A stretch of DNA of 64,000 nt from an uncultured Bacillota bacterium (GCA_963804645.1 CAWDRG010000001.1:64001-128000); one strand, 5' to 3'; shown: positions 20,750 through 32,213, counted from the first letter of the stretch. Program-made: numbers and translations. The notes: a model not told the origin generated them from the sequence alone.

Positions 20750-21739
20750 CTACTCGGTGACGACCGCCGCCGTGTACCCGAGGGTGCGGACGCGAGTCGC
20801 CAGCGCCTGCGCCTCGGCGTTTGAGCTGAACCCCCCATAGTAGACCGCGGCCCGCGTCGCCGAGAGCGGCATCACGCGCGGCGTTTCCGTCAGCCCGCTG
20901 GCGACGAGCGCGCCCACGCGGCGCACCGCCACCGCGCGGGGCAGCGATCCCGAGACGACGACGAATCGGGGCGATGGACGGACCGGGATGGCGCGCGACA
21001 GCGCGACCGCGGACGGTACGCGCGCCGGCGCGGACACGCGCGCAGCCTCGCGGCTCGGATGGGGCGCCGGCACGGCCGGCTGCACGCGGGCACGAATCGC
21101 CGCCGGCACATTCGCCGGGGACTTCAGGGACACCGGCGGCTCCGCTTGGGGGCGCGCTCCCGGCACGGCACGTCCGATCAACCAAGGAGTCGAGACGATC
21201 GCCGCGGTCAGCCCGACGGCCAGCACGACCAACGACGCGGCCAGCACCGCGGGTAGCCCGAGAAACTGTCGTCCGGTGATCACCGGCGCGCGCGGTCGTA
21301 CGTCGCGGCGCACCTGCAGGTCGGACAGCGCGGAGGGTCCGAGCACGGCCGCCTTCGTCACGTCGGGCGCGGGCGCCGTGGGCGCCGAGACCGGCGCGGC
21401 GTGCACAGGCTCCGGCTCGCCGGACAGCCGCGCCATAATCGCGCCGTACGCGGACTGCGCCATCGCCTGGGACATCACGAACCGCGGCTGACCGCTGTGC
21501 AGGAAATAGAGCAGATCGTCGTGGGCCCGCACTTCCCATCCGGAGGACCGTCGCGCCGGCCCAGGGATCGCCGAGCTCCGCGCCGTCGACTCCCGGCGCG
21601 TCCACCCCCGCAGCGCCCGGGGCACGCCGCCGAACGGGGACCGAAACTCGTATCGACGCCGACGCGTGCTGAGTTCGCCGCCGAACTCCGCGACGTCGAC
21701 CACGCACGATCGGTCTGGCCACCATCGGTTAACGCGCAT
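20750..21739 (-). CDS. Hypothetical single-pass membrane protein with C-terminal SPOR-like domain
   Basis: Central TM segment (VLAASLVVLAVGLTAAIV), Pro/Ala linker, C-terminal VYYGGFSSNAEAQALATRVRTLGY. Confidence 0.55.
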   Translation of the reverse strand: MRVNRWWPDRSCVVDVAEFGGELSTRRRRYEFRSPFGGVPRALRGWTRRESTARSSAIPGPARRSSGWEVRAHDDLLYFLHSGQPRFVMSQAMAQSAYGAIMARLSGEPEPVHAAPVSAPTAPAPDVTKAAVLGPSALSDLQVRRDVRPRAPVITGRQFLGLPAVLAASLVVLAVGLTAAIVSTPWLIGRAVPGARPQAEPPVSLKSPANVPAAIRARVQPAVPAPHPSREAARVSAPARVPSAVALSRAIPVRPSPRFVVVSGSLPRAVAVRRVGALVASGLTETPRVMPLSATRAAVYYGGFSSNAEAQALATRVRTLGYTAAVVTE

Positions 21740-21979
21740 GCACTTCCACCCCGATGCCGACGTAGCCGCCCTTGCCGAACGCGCTCCTCTGCGTGCGGCG
21801 AAGCCGGCCTCTTATCTCCCCCCGTTATCGGTATTATCTCCAGGTGCCTGGCAGATCACGCATGAATTGCGTGCGCGTGGTACCAAAGTACCAGCCCCTA
21901 ATGATTTTGCTCGGTTCCCGCGGAAGAAATTGGGCGGCAGCGCGGTCCCGGCCCCCGACACGCGTTTGACGTGCGCGCG

Positions 21980-23125
21980 TTATCGCGCCGACGGCGCGGA
22001 TCCTGGATCTGTCCCCGCATCGGGAGCATGCGCGGCGGAGAGAATCAACCACAGCAAATGCCCGATCTGCCGCGTGCTTGGCCCCGGCGCGCTGCGGCTG
22101 AGATTGACGAGGATCAGATCGTCCGAGGGCACCACAAGGGCATACTGGCCCAAGTCGCCCCACGCCCAAAAACCCCCGGCAGGCAGACCGATCGCGGGAA
22201 CACCGCGGTCCGCGGGGCCGGTCCACCAGAGATACCCGTAGCCGAAGCCGCGTTCATCGACCGAATAGGCGGTCGCGCTGGCGTCGATCCAGCCGGCCGG
22301 AACGATGCTGCGGCCCCGCCACACGCCGTGGCGCAGGTAGAGGAGCGCAAATCTCGCCAAGTCCCGGGCGCTCATCCGGAAGGGATAGGCGGGGTAATCG
22401 GACGCCGCTCCGGTCACGTAGCGTCCGTCGAGCGGGGTATAGTCCTGCATGCCGATCGGCGCGGCGATCCGCACGGCGAAGGCGTTGAAGATCGTTGCGC
22501 CCGCGGCGCGCTCATAGATGGTGCCGAGCACGTTGAAGTCCCAGTTGTTGTAATACCAGAAGGTCCCGGGGGGGTGGCTCCCGCGCGGCGGCCGGCTGGC
22601 CGCCATGTCAGCCGTCTCGTAGAGGGCCGCGTGATACACACCCGAACGGGCTTCGAGCAGGTCCGCGATCGTCGCCTGCTTCTCCGCCGCGGTCAGCGAC
22701 GGGGGCGTGTCGTCGATCCCGAGCCGCGCGAGCGTATCGGTCAGGGTGATCTCATGACCCCGGACCGCGATCCCGATCAGGGCGTTGAGCAGGCTTTTGC
22801 GAATTGAATGCAGGTCGAGTTTGTCCGAGACGGAGCCCCACGACGCCACCACCAGGCCGTGCTGCACGACCATGACCGCCGTCGATCCGACGCGCGCGGA
22901 CCACGCCTGCGCCTCCGCCACCGTCTCGGCGGACCACCCCGCTTCCTCGGGTGTCACGCGGCCCCACTGCGCGGCGGGATAGAGGTTCGACCCACGCGCG
23001 GCGTCGCCCGCCGCCTGCCCGCCGTCGGCGCACATCCACACGACGAGGCCGACGCACAGGAACGTCCAGACCCGCCGTCCCGTCACGAGCCGCCTCCACG
23101 TACCCGCCGCCGCACGGTGCCCCAC
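21980..23125 (-). CDS. Serine hydrolase, beta-lactamase/AmpC-like family, exported
   Basis: SxxK (SIRK), YxN (YYNN), MSARDLARFALLYL, YGYLWW. Confidence 0.88.
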   Translation of the reverse strand: MGHRAAAGTWRRLVTGRRVWTFLCVGLVVWMCADGGQAAGDAARGSNLYPAAQWGRVTPEEAGWSAETVAEAQAWSARVGSTAVMVVQHGLVVASWGSVSDKLDLHSIRKSLLNALIGIAVRGHEITLTDTLARLGIDDTPPSLTAAEKQATIADLLEARSGVYHAALYETADMAASRPPRGSHPPGTFWYYNNWDFNVLGTIYERAAGATIFNAFAVRIAAPIGMQDYTPLDGRYVTGAASDYPAYPFRMSARDLARFALLYLRHGVWRGRSIVPAGWIDASATAYSVDERGFGYGYLWWTGPADRGVPAIGLPAGGFWAWGDLGQYALVVPSDDLILVNLSRSAPGPSTRQIGHLLWLILSAAHAPDAGTDPGSAPSAR

Positions 23126-23176
23126 CCCCCACCCGTGCGGGCCGCCCCGCGCCGGGCGGGGGCGCCTACGAAGCGG

Positions 23177-24508
23177 TCAACCCGCGTTGAGGTCGGCCTG
23201 CCACTTCTGCGTGAGGGAACTGATCGCGGCGCTCGCCGGCATCTGTTTCCCCCAGACCTGATCCATCGTCTTTGCCGCCAGCCCGGTCGACGTGTAGACC
23301 GTAAAGTCTGTCGCCGACACGAGGGGTATATCCGTAACCTGTGCGTCAGCCAGCCCCTCGATAAACCCCGCCTTGTACGCGTTCGGCCACCCGCCGTTGC
23401 GAAACGCGCTACTCGCCCGGATCGACTTGCGCGGAGAATCGACGCGCCCGGTGGTGACCCACGGCACACTGTTGTCCGACAGCCACTTGATGGCCTGCGC
23501 GGTGGCCTTATACCGCCCGGTGTCCTTCTGGACGTACATCTCGACGCCGTCGGCCGAATAAAACGTCGCCCGCTCGTTGCCGATCTTCGGCATGGGAAAC
23601 GAAAGGAAGTCCAGCTTCGCGCTCGCGTATCCGCTGATCGTCCACGGACCGGTGAAAAACATCGCCGCTTCGCCGGCCCCGAACGCCCGGTATCGATCGG
23701 CGTCGGCGACCGCCCGGGTGGACACCATGTACTTGTCAAACATGTCGAGCACCCACTGCGCCGCCTGTGCGCCTGCCTCTGGATTCACGCCAGCCTTCTT
23801 CAAGTCCGGGCTGGCACGGCGAAAGCCCATCTGATACGCGACCACGCTCCAGATGACCAGCGGCAGGGCGCCGGAACCGGTCATCATCCATCCCGACCGG
23901 GAGACGGTGCTCCCCTGACGGACGGTCATCTTCTGCGCCCATTCCAGAAGTTCGGCGCCGGTTTGTGGCGGCTTGCTGACATCGAGCCCGGCGGCGCGCG
24001 CGTACGCCACGTTGAGCAGCACCGCCATACTCGAGACGTCCATCGGCAGCATCTGCAGACTTCCGTAATACGTGCACACGTCCAGGTACCGCTGGTCGAA
24101 ATCGGACAGATCCAGCCCCGCCTGTTTGAGCGGCTCCTCGATCGGCACCGTCACGCCCTGCTTGGCCCACTGCGCGGTCAGTCCGTTCTCCGCGGTGCCG
24201 AAGTCGGGCGCATTCCCGGTGGCCGCTGCCGCCAACAGCTTCGTGCCGTACGTGTCGAGCGGCACGAACTCTTGTCGAATCTGCACGCCCTGACTCTTGT
24301 GCGCGTCGTTGAAGCTCGCGATCAGTTTGCCCCAGTCCGCGTTGTCAGATGCCGAATACCAGCTCCAATGCACGAGCTCGGTCGGACTCGACTGCGCGTA
24401 CCCGCGGGTTGGCGTCAGGAGATTACGCGACACCCACGCGCCGCCCGCGGCCGCGCCTGCCAGCGTCAACACCTTGCGGCGAGAGTATCGTGCCGACACT
24501 CGGACCAC
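23177..24508 (-). CDS. ABC transporter sugar-type substrate-binding protein with Tat signal
   Basis: SRRKVL twin-arginine motif, APD, FGAGEAAMFFTGPW. Confidence 0.85.
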   Translation of the reverse strand: MVRVSARYSRRKVLTLAGAAAGGAWVSRNLLTPTRGYAQSSPTELVHWSWYSASDNADWGKLIASFNDAHKSQGVQIRQEFVPLDTYGTKLLAAAATGNAPDFGTAENGLTAQWAKQGVTVPIEEPLKQAGLDLSDFDQRYLDVCTYYGSLQMLPMDVSSMAVLLNVAYARAAGLDVSKPPQTGAELLEWAQKMTVRQGSTVSRSGWMMTGSGALPLVIWSVVAYQMGFRRASPDLKKAGVNPEAGAQAAQWVLDMFDKYMVSTRAVADADRYRAFGAGEAAMFFTGPWTISGYASAKLDFLSFPMPKIGNERATFYSADGVEMYVQKDTGRYKATAQAIKWLSDNSVPWVTTGRVDSPRKSIRASSAFRNGGWPNAYKAGFIEGLADAQVTDIPLVSATDFTVYTSTGLAAKTMDQVWGKQMPASAAISSLTQKWQADLNAG

Positions 24509-24720
24509 CTCCTCCGAAACGTTCGGTGTGGGATCCTCCGGCGCCGTCCCCGACGCCGTGCACCCCGACGGTGCTCTCCCAAAACCAGCGAGCGCCCGCC
24601 CGGCGACGCTGCGTCGGCCGCGCGCTCGTCGCGCCGGTCAGCCCGACCGCGCCCGCCTCGCCGGTGCGGGATGTTTCGCGGCGGCCCCTCCTCTGCCGCC
24701 CACTCCCGGAGACGTCATTG

Positions 24721-25803
24721 CTAACCACTCCACGCGCGCGGCACGAACAGCCGCTCGCGCGTGCGGATCGCGAACCGGTCGGTCATACCGGCGAGGAAGT
24801 CGCACACGGTGCGGTGGACCGACTCGCGCCCTTCATCGAGGAGCCGGCGGGAGTCCGCCGTGACCTCTTCGGGATGCGCGACAAAATGCTCGAACAGATC
24901 CGCGATGAGGCGCTGCGCCTTCCCGACCTCCGCTTTCGCCGCGGACCCCTGGTACACCACCACGAACAGAAACTCCTTAAGTTCGTTCATCGCGACCCGC
25001 ACCGGCTCGCTCATGCCGAGGCGCGGCGTCCCGGTCGACTGCTGGACGATATCGACCACTGTCGCGTTGATCCACTGGCCGCGCGTCTCCCCGAGGATGC
25101 GGCGGACCCCGATGGGTACGTCGCGCTCGTCGATCAATCCGGCGCGAATCGCGTCGTCCGTATCGTGGTGCACGTACGCGACGCGGTCGGCCACGCGCGC
25201 GAGCTGCCCCTCGACCGTGTCCGGGATCGCCTCGGGCAGCGCCTCCTCGATCGCCGGCAGCACCTCAAGATCGCGCCGCCCCTTGGAGTGGCCGCCGATG
25301 CCGTCGCGGACCTCCCACGTCAGATTGAGGCCGTCCTCGTAGGTTCCGGCCTGCGTGCGCCGATGCTCGAGCAGTTCCACGATCCGGAGGCTCTGCACGT
25401 CGTGGCGGAACCCGCCGTAACCGGCCATCAGCCGGTCCAGCTCCTCCTCCCCCGCGTGCCCGAACGGCGGATGGCCAAGGTCGTGCGCCAGCACGATCGC
25501 CTCCGTGAGGTCTTCGTTGATCCGAATCGCGCGTGCGATCGTGCGCGCGATCTGTGCGACCTCCAGCGTGTGCGTCAGCCGGGTGCGGTAGTGGTCGCCT
25601 TCCGGAGCGAGAAAGACCTGGGTCTTGTGCATCAACCGGCGAAACGCCTTGGAGTGCAGCACCCGATCGCGGTCGCGCTGAAAGGCGGTCCGGAGCAGAT
25701 CCGGCGCTTCGGGGCGCACGCGCCCGCGCGACCGCGCGCTCCGCGCGCCCCACGGCGACAGCGTCTGGTCCTCCAGCGCCTCGGTCACTTCGCGCGGCGT
25801 CAT
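24721..25803 (-). CDS. dgt: dGTP triphosphohydrolase-like HD protein
   Basis: FQRDRDRVLHSKAFRRL, RTRLTHTLEVAQ, HDLGHPPFGHAGE, DFLAGMTD. Confidence 0.93.
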   Translation of the reverse strand: MTPREVTEALEDQTLSPWGARSARSRGRVRPEAPDLLRTAFQRDRDRVLHSKAFRRLMHKTQVFLAPEGDHYRTRLTHTLEVAQIARTIARAIRINEDLTEAIVLAHDLGHPPFGHAGEEELDRLMAGYGGFRHDVQSLRIVELLEHRRTQAGTYEDGLNLTWEVRDGIGGHSKGRRDLEVLPAIEEALPEAIPDTVEGQLARVADRVAYVHHDTDDAIRAGLIDERDVPIGVRRILGETRGQWINATVVDIVQQSTGTPRLGMSEPVRVAMNELKEFLFVVVYQGSAAKAEVGKAQRLIADLFEHFVAHPEEVTADSRRLLDEGRESVHRTVCDFLAGMTDRFAIRTRERLFVPRAWSG

Positions 25804-25849
25804 CGGCCCTCGTCCCCCCGTGCCGCGGCCCGCGGCCGTAACGGTCTTG

Positions 25850-28627
25850 CTACTTGTCGCGGGCGGCGCGCGTCTTCTTCTCCTTGAGGACCGCCTGGGC
25901 GGCCGCCAACCGGGCCGTCGGCACGCGGTACGGCGAGCAGCTGACGTAGCTGAGCCCCGCCCGGTGACAAAACTCCACGCTCGCGGGATCCCCACCGTGC
26001 TCCCCGCAGATGCCGAGCTCCAGATCCGAGCGCGTCCCGCGCCCGAGCCGGACCGCGAGATCGATCATCGCCCCGACACCCTTCACATCAAGCACCTGGA
26101 ACGGGTTCTCGGGCAGGATCTTCTGGGTGACGTACTGGAGGAGGAACTTGCCCTCCGCGTCGTCCCGGCTGAAGCCGAAGATGAGCTGCGTCAGGTCGTT
26201 GCTGCCGAACGAGAAGAACTCCGCGACCTGCGCGATCTCGTCGGCCACGATGCACGCGCGCGGGATCTCGATCATCGTGCCAAACTTGTACTTAACCCGC
26301 ACGCCCTGCTCGGCCATCACCTTGTCCGCCAGCGGGCGCACCCGGTCCTCGACGAGCTTCAACTCGTTCACGTGGCCCACCAGCGGCACCATGATCTCGG
26401 GGTGCGTGCGGACCCCCTCCTTGGCCAGCGCGCACGCCGCCTCGAGGATCGCCCGCACCTGCATGTCGATGATCCCTGGGAACAGGATCCCGAGCCGGAT
26501 CCCACGGAGGCCGAGCATCGGGTTCTGCTCGCGCATCTTGCCGACCTCGCGCAGGAGACGCTCCTTCTCCGCCAGCTTCGCCGGGTCGTTCCCGCGGACC
26601 CGCAGCTCGGTCACCTCGACCAGCAGGTCGTCGTACTGCGGGAGAAACTCATGCAGCGGCGGATCGATCAGGCGAATCACGACGGTCTTTCCGCGCATCG
26701 CCCGCAGGATGCCGACAAAATCCTTCCGCTGGATCGGCAGCAGCTCGTCCAGCGCCTGCTGCCGCTCGGCATCGGTCTCCGCGAGGATCATCCGGTGGAC
26801 GATCGGAAGCCGGTCCTCCTCGAAGAACATGTGCTCCGTCCGGCACAGCCCGACCCCTTCCGCCCCGAACGCGAGGGCCCGCTCCGCGTCCCGAGGGTAG
26901 TCCGCGTTCGCCCACACCCCGAGCCGCCGCGTCTTGTCCGCCCACCCGAGCAGGGTCTGCAGGTCGCGGTCCTTGCTCACGTCCGGGTCGATCGTCCGGA
27001 TCGCGCGCCCGAACACCTCGCCCGTGGTGCCGTCGATCGAGATCGCATCACCCTGGTGCACCACCTGGCCATTGACGCTGAACTGGCCGGCCTGCGGGTC
27101 CACGCGAATCGCCTCTGCGCCGGCGACGCACGGCTTCCCCAGCCCCCGCGCGACCACCGCGGCGTGACTGGTGGCGCCGCCGCGCGCGGTCAGAATCCCG
27201 CGGGCGACGAGCATCCCGTGCACGTCGTCGGGGTTCGTCTCGGGCCGGACGAGGATGACCGCCTTCCCATGCTGCCCGATCTCCACCGCCGCGTCCGGAT
27301 CGAACACCGCGACGCCGGTCGCGGCCCCCGGCGAGGCGTTGAGCCCTTTCGTCAGCAGCTTGCCCTCGCGCTCGGCGGCGGATTTGTCCTCGGGATCAAA
27401 GCGCGGCAGCAGCAGCTGGTAGATCTGGTCCGGCTCGACGCGGAGCAGCGCCTCGTCCTTGGAGATCAGCTTCTCCCGCACCATGTCGACCGCGATTTTG
27501 ACCGCGGCCTGGGCCGTCCGCTTCCCGCTGCGGGTCTGCAGCATCCACAGCTTTCCGCGTTCAACGGTGAACTCGAGGTCCTGCACGTCCTTGTAGTGCC
27601 GCTCAAGCATCTCGGCGACCTTTTGAAACTGCGCATAGACGCTCGGCATCTCGGTCCGCATCTGCGAGATCGGGTGCGGCGTCCGGGTCCCGGCGACCAC
27701 GTCCTCGCCCTGGGCGTTCGGCAGGTACTCGCCATACAGCACCCGCTCGCCGGTCGCGGGATTGCGGGTGAACGCGACGCCGGTCGCGCTGTTGTCGCCC
27801 ATGTTCCCGAACACCATCGCCTGCACGTTCACGGCGGTGCCCAGGTCGTGCGGGATCTTGTTGTAATTGCGGTAGTCGACCGCGCGCTTCCCCATCCAGG
27901 AATCGAACACCGCGCGGATCGCCATCTCGAGCTGGGCCCAGGGGTCCGTCGGGAACTCGACCGACCGCTCGCGGCGGATCAGCTCGACGAACGCCCGCGC
28001 GATCTCGCGCAGGTCCTGGGCGCTGAGGTCCGTGTCCACGTGCGCGCCGACGCGCCGCTTGTGCGCCTCGATGATCGCCTCGAACTTCTCACCGGGGATG
28101 TCGAGCACGATCTTCCCGAACATCTGGACGAACCGCCGGTGCGCGTCCTGCGCAAAGCGCTCGTCGCCGGTGAGGGCGGCGAGGCCCCGCAGTGTCTCCT
28201 CGTTGAGGCCGAGGTTCAGCACGGTGTCCATCATGCCCGGCATCGAGAACTGCGCCCCGGAGCGGACGGAGACCAGCAGGGGGTTCGCCGGATCGCCGAA
28301 CCGCTTCCCCATCTTCTTCTCCACCACCCCGAGCGCCCGGCGGACGTCGTCCATCAGCCCCGGCGGGAACTTACGGCCCTGCGCGTTGTAGAGGTTGCAG
28401 ACTTCGGTCGTGATCGTGAACCCGGGCGGCACGGGAAGCCCGACCCGGCTCATCTCGGCGAGACCCGCGCCCTTGCCGCCGAGCAGCTCGCGCATGGACG
28501 CGTTGCCTGCCGTGAATACCCAAATCGCTTTGTGCGCCAGGCCCTTCGGCCGTGCCGCGGCTTTACCGCCGCCCCGCACCGCCGGTGCGCGACGCCGGGT
28601 GGTCTTCACCCGAGTACCAACTGCCAT
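25850..28627 (-). CDS. ppdK: Pyruvate, phosphate dikinase
   Basis: LLGGKGAGLAEM, SVRSGA, GGATSHAAVVAR, GLCRTEHMF, GICGEHGGDP. Confidence 0.97.
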   Translation of the reverse strand: MAVGTRVKTTRRRAPAVRGGGKAAARPKGLAHKAIWVFTAGNASMRELLGGKGAGLAEMSRVGLPVPPGFTITTEVCNLYNAQGRKFPPGLMDDVRRALGVVEKKMGKRFGDPANPLLVSVRSGAQFSMPGMMDTVLNLGLNEETLRGLAALTGDERFAQDAHRRFVQMFGKIVLDIPGEKFEAIIEAHKRRVGAHVDTDLSAQDLREIARAFVELIRRERSVEFPTDPWAQLEMAIRAVFDSWMGKRAVDYRNYNKIPHDLGTAVNVQAMVFGNMGDNSATGVAFTRNPATGERVLYGEYLPNAQGEDVVAGTRTPHPISQMRTEMPSVYAQFQKVAEMLERHYKDVQDLEFTVERGKLWMLQTRSGKRTAQAAVKIAVDMVREKLISKDEALLRVEPDQIYQLLLPRFDPEDKSAAEREGKLLTKGLNASPGAATGVAVFDPDAAVEIGQHGKAVILVRPETNPDDVHGMLVARGILTARGGATSHAAVVARGLGKPCVAGAEAIRVDPQAGQFSVNGQVVHQGDAISIDGTTGEVFGRAIRTIDPDVSKDRDLQTLLGWADKTRRLGVWANADYPRDAERALAFGAEGVGLCRTEHMFFEEDRLPIVHRMILAETDAERQQALDELLPIQRKDFVGILRAMRGKTVVIRLIDPPLHEFLPQYDDLLVEVTELRVRGNDPAKLAEKERLLREVGKMREQNPMLGLRGIRLGILFPGIIDMQVRAILEAACALAKEGVRTHPEIMVPLVGHVNELKLVEDRVRPLADKVMAEQGVRVKYKFGTMIEIPRACIVADEIAQVAEFFSFGSNDLTQLIFGFSRDDAEGKFLLQYVTQKILPENPFQVLDVKGVGAMIDLAVRLGRGTRSDLELGICGEHGGDPASVEFCHRAGLSYVSCSPYRVPTARLAAAQAVLKEKKTRAARDK

Positions 28628-28752
28628 GATGGAGTCACCTCTCCCGTGGAAAATCTCAGTCTCCTAGTGGTGCGAGTCCTTGTTCCAGCGATACCGCCTC
28701 GCCGGCCCCGCGTCGTGCAGGCACGCGCACAGGACACGACCTTGTGTCACAC

Positions 28753-28781
28753 ACTATAGACTCGTACCACTAGTAGTCTAA
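28753..28781 (-). promoter_or_regulatory. Putative ppdK promoter with overlapping inverted-repeat operator
   Basis: Minus-strand TATAGT at 28753-28758; inverted repeat TAGACT-N12-AGTCTA at 28757-28780. Confidence 0.45.
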
Positions 28782-28790
28782 CAGACGGGG

Positions 28791-30980
28791 TTAGGCAGAT
28801 GTGGCGGGTTTGGCGTCCCCGACGACCACACGGGTCAGGTCCGCGTAGGGACGGACGAGGTCGACCACCTCGGCAAGCAGCGCGAGCCGGTTCCGGCGCA
28901 CCGCCTCATCGGGGTCCATGACCAGCACGTCGGTGAAGAACCGATCGACGGCGGGGGCCGCGCCGGAAAGCCTCGCGAGCGTCGCCTCATACCGCCCAGA
29001 CAGCGCGTCCGCGTCCTCACCGGAGGCGGCCGACGCGCCACCCCGCTGCCAGATGGCGCCGAGCGCGTGCCCGATCGAGTGGACCGCCTCGCGCAGTCCC
29101 TGCTCCGCAGGTACGCGGATCAACTCCGCCTGCGGCTCCCCCACAAATCCCTTCGGCACGATGCGGGATGCGCGGTCGAACGCGGCGTACAGGCCGGCAA
29201 ACTCCGGCCGCCTCCGAAACGCCGCGAGCGCCCGCGCCCGCGCGGCGGCCGCCACGGCGTCCTGCGGGTCGATCGGAGCCGGCGCGAACGGGCCGCTCGC
29301 GCTCGCCTCGAGCGCCGCGTCTACCACGTCGTAACTGATCCCCTCTTCGATCAGCACGGTCCGCAGCCGCTGCCGAAGAAAGACCAGCGTCTCCGTCTCG
29401 ACGTGGGCCTGCCGCGCCGCGTCGGTGACCCCGTACGCCGCGAGCGCGGCCCGGCACATGACGGCCAGGCTGAGGCGGATGTTTTGCGCGAGCACGATCG
29501 CGATGATGCCGTTGGCCGCGCGCCTGAGCCCGTAGGGATCCTGGGACCCGGTCGGCACGAGACCGACCGACAGCGCCCCGACGAGCGTGTCGAGCTTGTC
29601 CAAGAGCGCGAGCGACGCGCCGGCGGCCGTGCGGGGCAGGTCCGCCCCCCGCGGCAGGTATTGGTCCCGAATCGCGTCCCCGACCCCCTCGGGCTCCCCG
29701 TCGAGCCGGGCGTAGATGCCGCCCATGATCCCCTGCAGCTCGGGCAGTTCCCGCACCATTTGGGTGACCAGGTCCGCTTTGCTGAGGTGCGCGGCTCGGG
29801 TGAGGATCGCGACGGCCGCGCTGTCGAGTCCGAGACGCGGTCCGAGCGCGCGTGCCAGCTCCGCGAGCCGGTTGGTCTTCTCCGCCATCGTGCCCAGCTT
29901 CTCGAGAAATACCAGACCGGCGAGGCTCGCCACGCGATCCGCGAGCGTCCGCTTGCGGTCGTCCTCGAAGAAAAAGCGCGCGTCGGCCAGGCGCGCCCGC
30001 AGCACCCACTCGTTGCCCTCGCGCACGATCTCGAGCCCGCGCGCGTCACCGTTGCGCACGGCGAGAAACGCGGGCATCAGCGTGTGGTGCGCGTCCTCGA
30101 TCGCGAAGTATTTTTGGTGATGCTGCATCACCGTGATCAGCACTTCGCGCGGGAGCTCGAGGAAGTCGTCCGCAAACCGACCGGCAAACACCATGGGCAG
30201 CTCGACGAGCTGCACAGTCTCGTGCAGCAGCTCCTCGTCCAGCACCGGGTGCCCCCCGACGGCCGCGGCCTCGTCGCGGGCGGCCTTCACGATGCGCTCC
30301 CGCCGCTCGGAAGGGTCCAGCAGGACCGACCCGCCGCGCAGCGCATCGTCGTAGGCGGCGGCGTCCGGGACGCTGATCGGCCTCGGGTGCAGGCTGCGAT
30401 GGCCGCGCGTCTTGCGTCCCGCGCGCACCCCGGCGAATTCGCACGCCACGACCTGCCGGCCGAACAGCGCCACGAGCCACCGGACCGGCCGCGCGAACCG
30501 GACGGTCCCCGTCCCCCAGCGCATCGGCTTCGAGAACGACAGCCCGCCCGCGAGCTTCGGCAGCAGCTCGGCGAGCACGGCGACCGTCGGCGCGCCGGGC
30601 TCCCGGCGAACGGCGTAGACGTACTCGCCCTGGGGGGTTGCGCGGCGCTCGAGCGCGCCGGCACCCACCCCCTGCGCGCGCGCAAATCCCTCGGCGGCCG
30701 GGGACGGGCGTCCGTCGGGCGTGAACGCGACCTTGACGGCGGGACCGCGGACCTCGCGGACCAGATCCGCCTGACGCGCCGCCACCCCTTCGGCGATGAG
30801 CACGAGCCGCCGAGGAGTCGAGTACGCCGTGACGTTCCCCGTCGCGATCCGCGCCGACCTGAGCTCGGCCTCGGCCGCATCCCGCAGTTGACGGGCGCCG
30901 TCCCACGCGGCCTGCGGCGGCAGCTCTTCCGTGCCGATCTCAAACACGAGCCGCCGCGCGGCGCGCGCCTCAGGCGACAT
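28791..30980 (-). CDS. glyS: Glycine--tRNA ligase beta subunit
   Basis: [49 protein letters not shown]. Confidence 0.96.
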   Translation of the reverse strand: MSPEARAARRLVFEIGTEELPPQAAWDGARQLRDAAEAELRSARIATGNVTAYSTPRRLVLIAEGVAARQADLVREVRGPAVKVAFTPDGRPSPAAEGFARAQGVGAGALERRATPQGEYVYAVRREPGAPTVAVLAELLPKLAGGLSFSKPMRWGTGTVRFARPVRWLVALFGRQVVACEFAGVRAGRKTRGHRSLHPRPISVPDAAAYDDALRGGSVLLDPSERRERIVKAARDEAAAVGGHPVLDEELLHETVQLVELPMVFAGRFADDFLELPREVLITVMQHHQKYFAIEDAHHTLMPAFLAVRNGDARGLEIVREGNEWVLRARLADARFFFEDDRKRTLADRVASLAGLVFLEKLGTMAEKTNRLAELARALGPRLGLDSAAVAILTRAAHLSKADLVTQMVRELPELQGIMGGIYARLDGEPEGVGDAIRDQYLPRGADLPRTAAGASLALLDKLDTLVGALSVGLVPTGSQDPYGLRRAANGIIAIVLAQNIRLSLAVMCRAALAAYGVTDAARQAHVETETLVFLRQRLRTVLIEEGISYDVVDAALEASASGPFAPAPIDPQDAVAAAARARALAAFRRRPEFAGLYAAFDRASRIVPKGFVGEPQAELIRVPAEQGLREAVHSIGHALGAIWQRGGASAASGEDADALSGRYEATLARLSGAAPAVDRFFTDVLVMDPDEAVRRNRLALLAEVVDLVRPYADLTRVVVGDAKPATSA

Positions 30981-31854
30981 GGTGGGGAGTGCCGAGGAGC
31001 GGCCAGCCGAGCTCCTCCCGGCGGGCGAGGTAGCGCTCGGCGCAGCCGCGGGCGAGCGTCCGGCACCGCGCCATCAGGCTGGCCCGCTCAGCGACGCCGA
31101 CGGCGCCGCGTGCGTCGAGCAGATTGAACGTGTGCGAGCAGCGCAGCACGTGCTCGTATGCCGGAACGACCAGGCCCTGTCCAAGCAGCCGGGCAGCCTC
31201 GCGCTCGCTCGCGTCGAACTCCTGGCGCAGGGTGGCGACGTCGGCGGCTTCGAACGCGTACGTGGAGTGCTGGAACTCGTCGTCGCGCCGAATCTCTCCG
31301 TACGTGACGCCCGGCGCCCACTCGAGATCGAAGATGCTGGCCTTCCGCTGCTCAAACTGCGCGATGCGCTCCAACCCGTAGGTCAGCTCGACCGGCACGA
31401 CCGGGAGCTCGAGGCCGCCGGCCTGCTGGAAATACGTAAACTGGCTGATTTCCTGCCCATCGAGAAACACTTGCCACCCCACCCCGGCCGCTCCCAGGGT
31501 CTGATCGGCCCAGTCGTCCTCGAGAAACCGGAGATCGTGGTCGCGCAGCGCAAGCCCGAGCGCGGCGAGGCTGCCAAGGTACAGGTCTTGGGGGTCGTCG
31601 GGAGACGGCTTGAGCACGACCTGGTACTGGTGATGGAGAAACAGACGATTCGGATTCTGCCCGTACCGGCCGTCGGCCGGCCGGCGGCTCGGCTGCACGT
31701 ACGCGGCCTTCCACGGCTCCGGGCCGAGCACGCGCAAGAATGTCGCCGGGTGCATCGTGCCGGCGCCGACCTCGACGTCGTACGGCTGCGCGATGACACA
31801 TCCCTGAGCGGCCCAATACCGCTCCAGGGCCAGAATGAGGTCCTGAAAAGTCAT
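30970..31854 (-). CDS. glyQ: Glycine--tRNA ligase alpha subunit
   Basis: [52 protein letters not shown]. Confidence 0.97.
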   Translation of the reverse strand: MTFQDLILALERYWAAQGCVIAQPYDVEVGAGTMHPATFLRVLGPEPWKAAYVQPSRRPADGRYGQNPNRLFLHHQYQVVLKPSPDDPQDLYLGSLAALGLALRDHDLRFLEDDWADQTLGAAGVGWQVFLDGQEISQFTYFQQAGGLELPVVPVELTYGLERIAQFEQRKASIFDLEWAPGVTYGEIRRDDEFQHSTYAFEAADVATLRQEFDASEREAARLLGQGLVVPAYEHVLRCSHTFNLLDARGAVGVAERASLMARCRTLARGCAERYLARREELGWPLLGTPHHVA

Positions 31855-31922
31855 GAGGGCCTCCTGCGGCTGTCCGGGTCCCCGCGCGGAGGCACCGCGG
31901 AACGGGGGTGGGTCGAGATGCC

Positions 31923-32213
31923 CTAGCCGATCCCGATCGGCTCTTCCTCTCGCTCGCGCCGCAGCGGCAGCGAACTCAGCATCGTGGCGATCGCAAACGC
32001 CGCGAGGCCGGCCACGGCCCAGGTCAGGGGCAGTTCGATGACCCGATCGTCGGTGTGAATGCGCACGGCGCCCGACGGTCCCGGACGCACGATTTTCTGC
32101 GCTTCCTCCATCGCGGCGCCGAAGTGCCCGAGAGCCCGCTGGACTCGCTCGATGTCGATCTCCAAAGAAACCACCTCCAGCGACTGGCCGCCGTTTGGAG
32201 CGGGATCGGTCAC
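31923..32213 (-). CDS. Small membrane-associated hypothetical protein (possibly DUF4342-like)
   Basis: [20 protein letters not shown] plus a hydrophobic segment; sits immediately upstream of glyQ. Confidence 0.5.
   Translation of the reverse strand: MTDPAPNGGQSLEVVSLEIDIERVQRALGHFGAAMEEAQKIVRPGPSGAVRIHTDDRVIELPLTWAVAGLAAFAIATMLSSLPLRREREEEPIGIG

Noticed and set aside
25820..28759. 979-aa plus-strand ORF and similar long antisense ORFs (11281-13050, 29067-31127, 54811-56880, 58-1851)
   Set aside because: Shadow ORFs antisense to well-conserved genes, expected in high-GC DNA; no protein motifs
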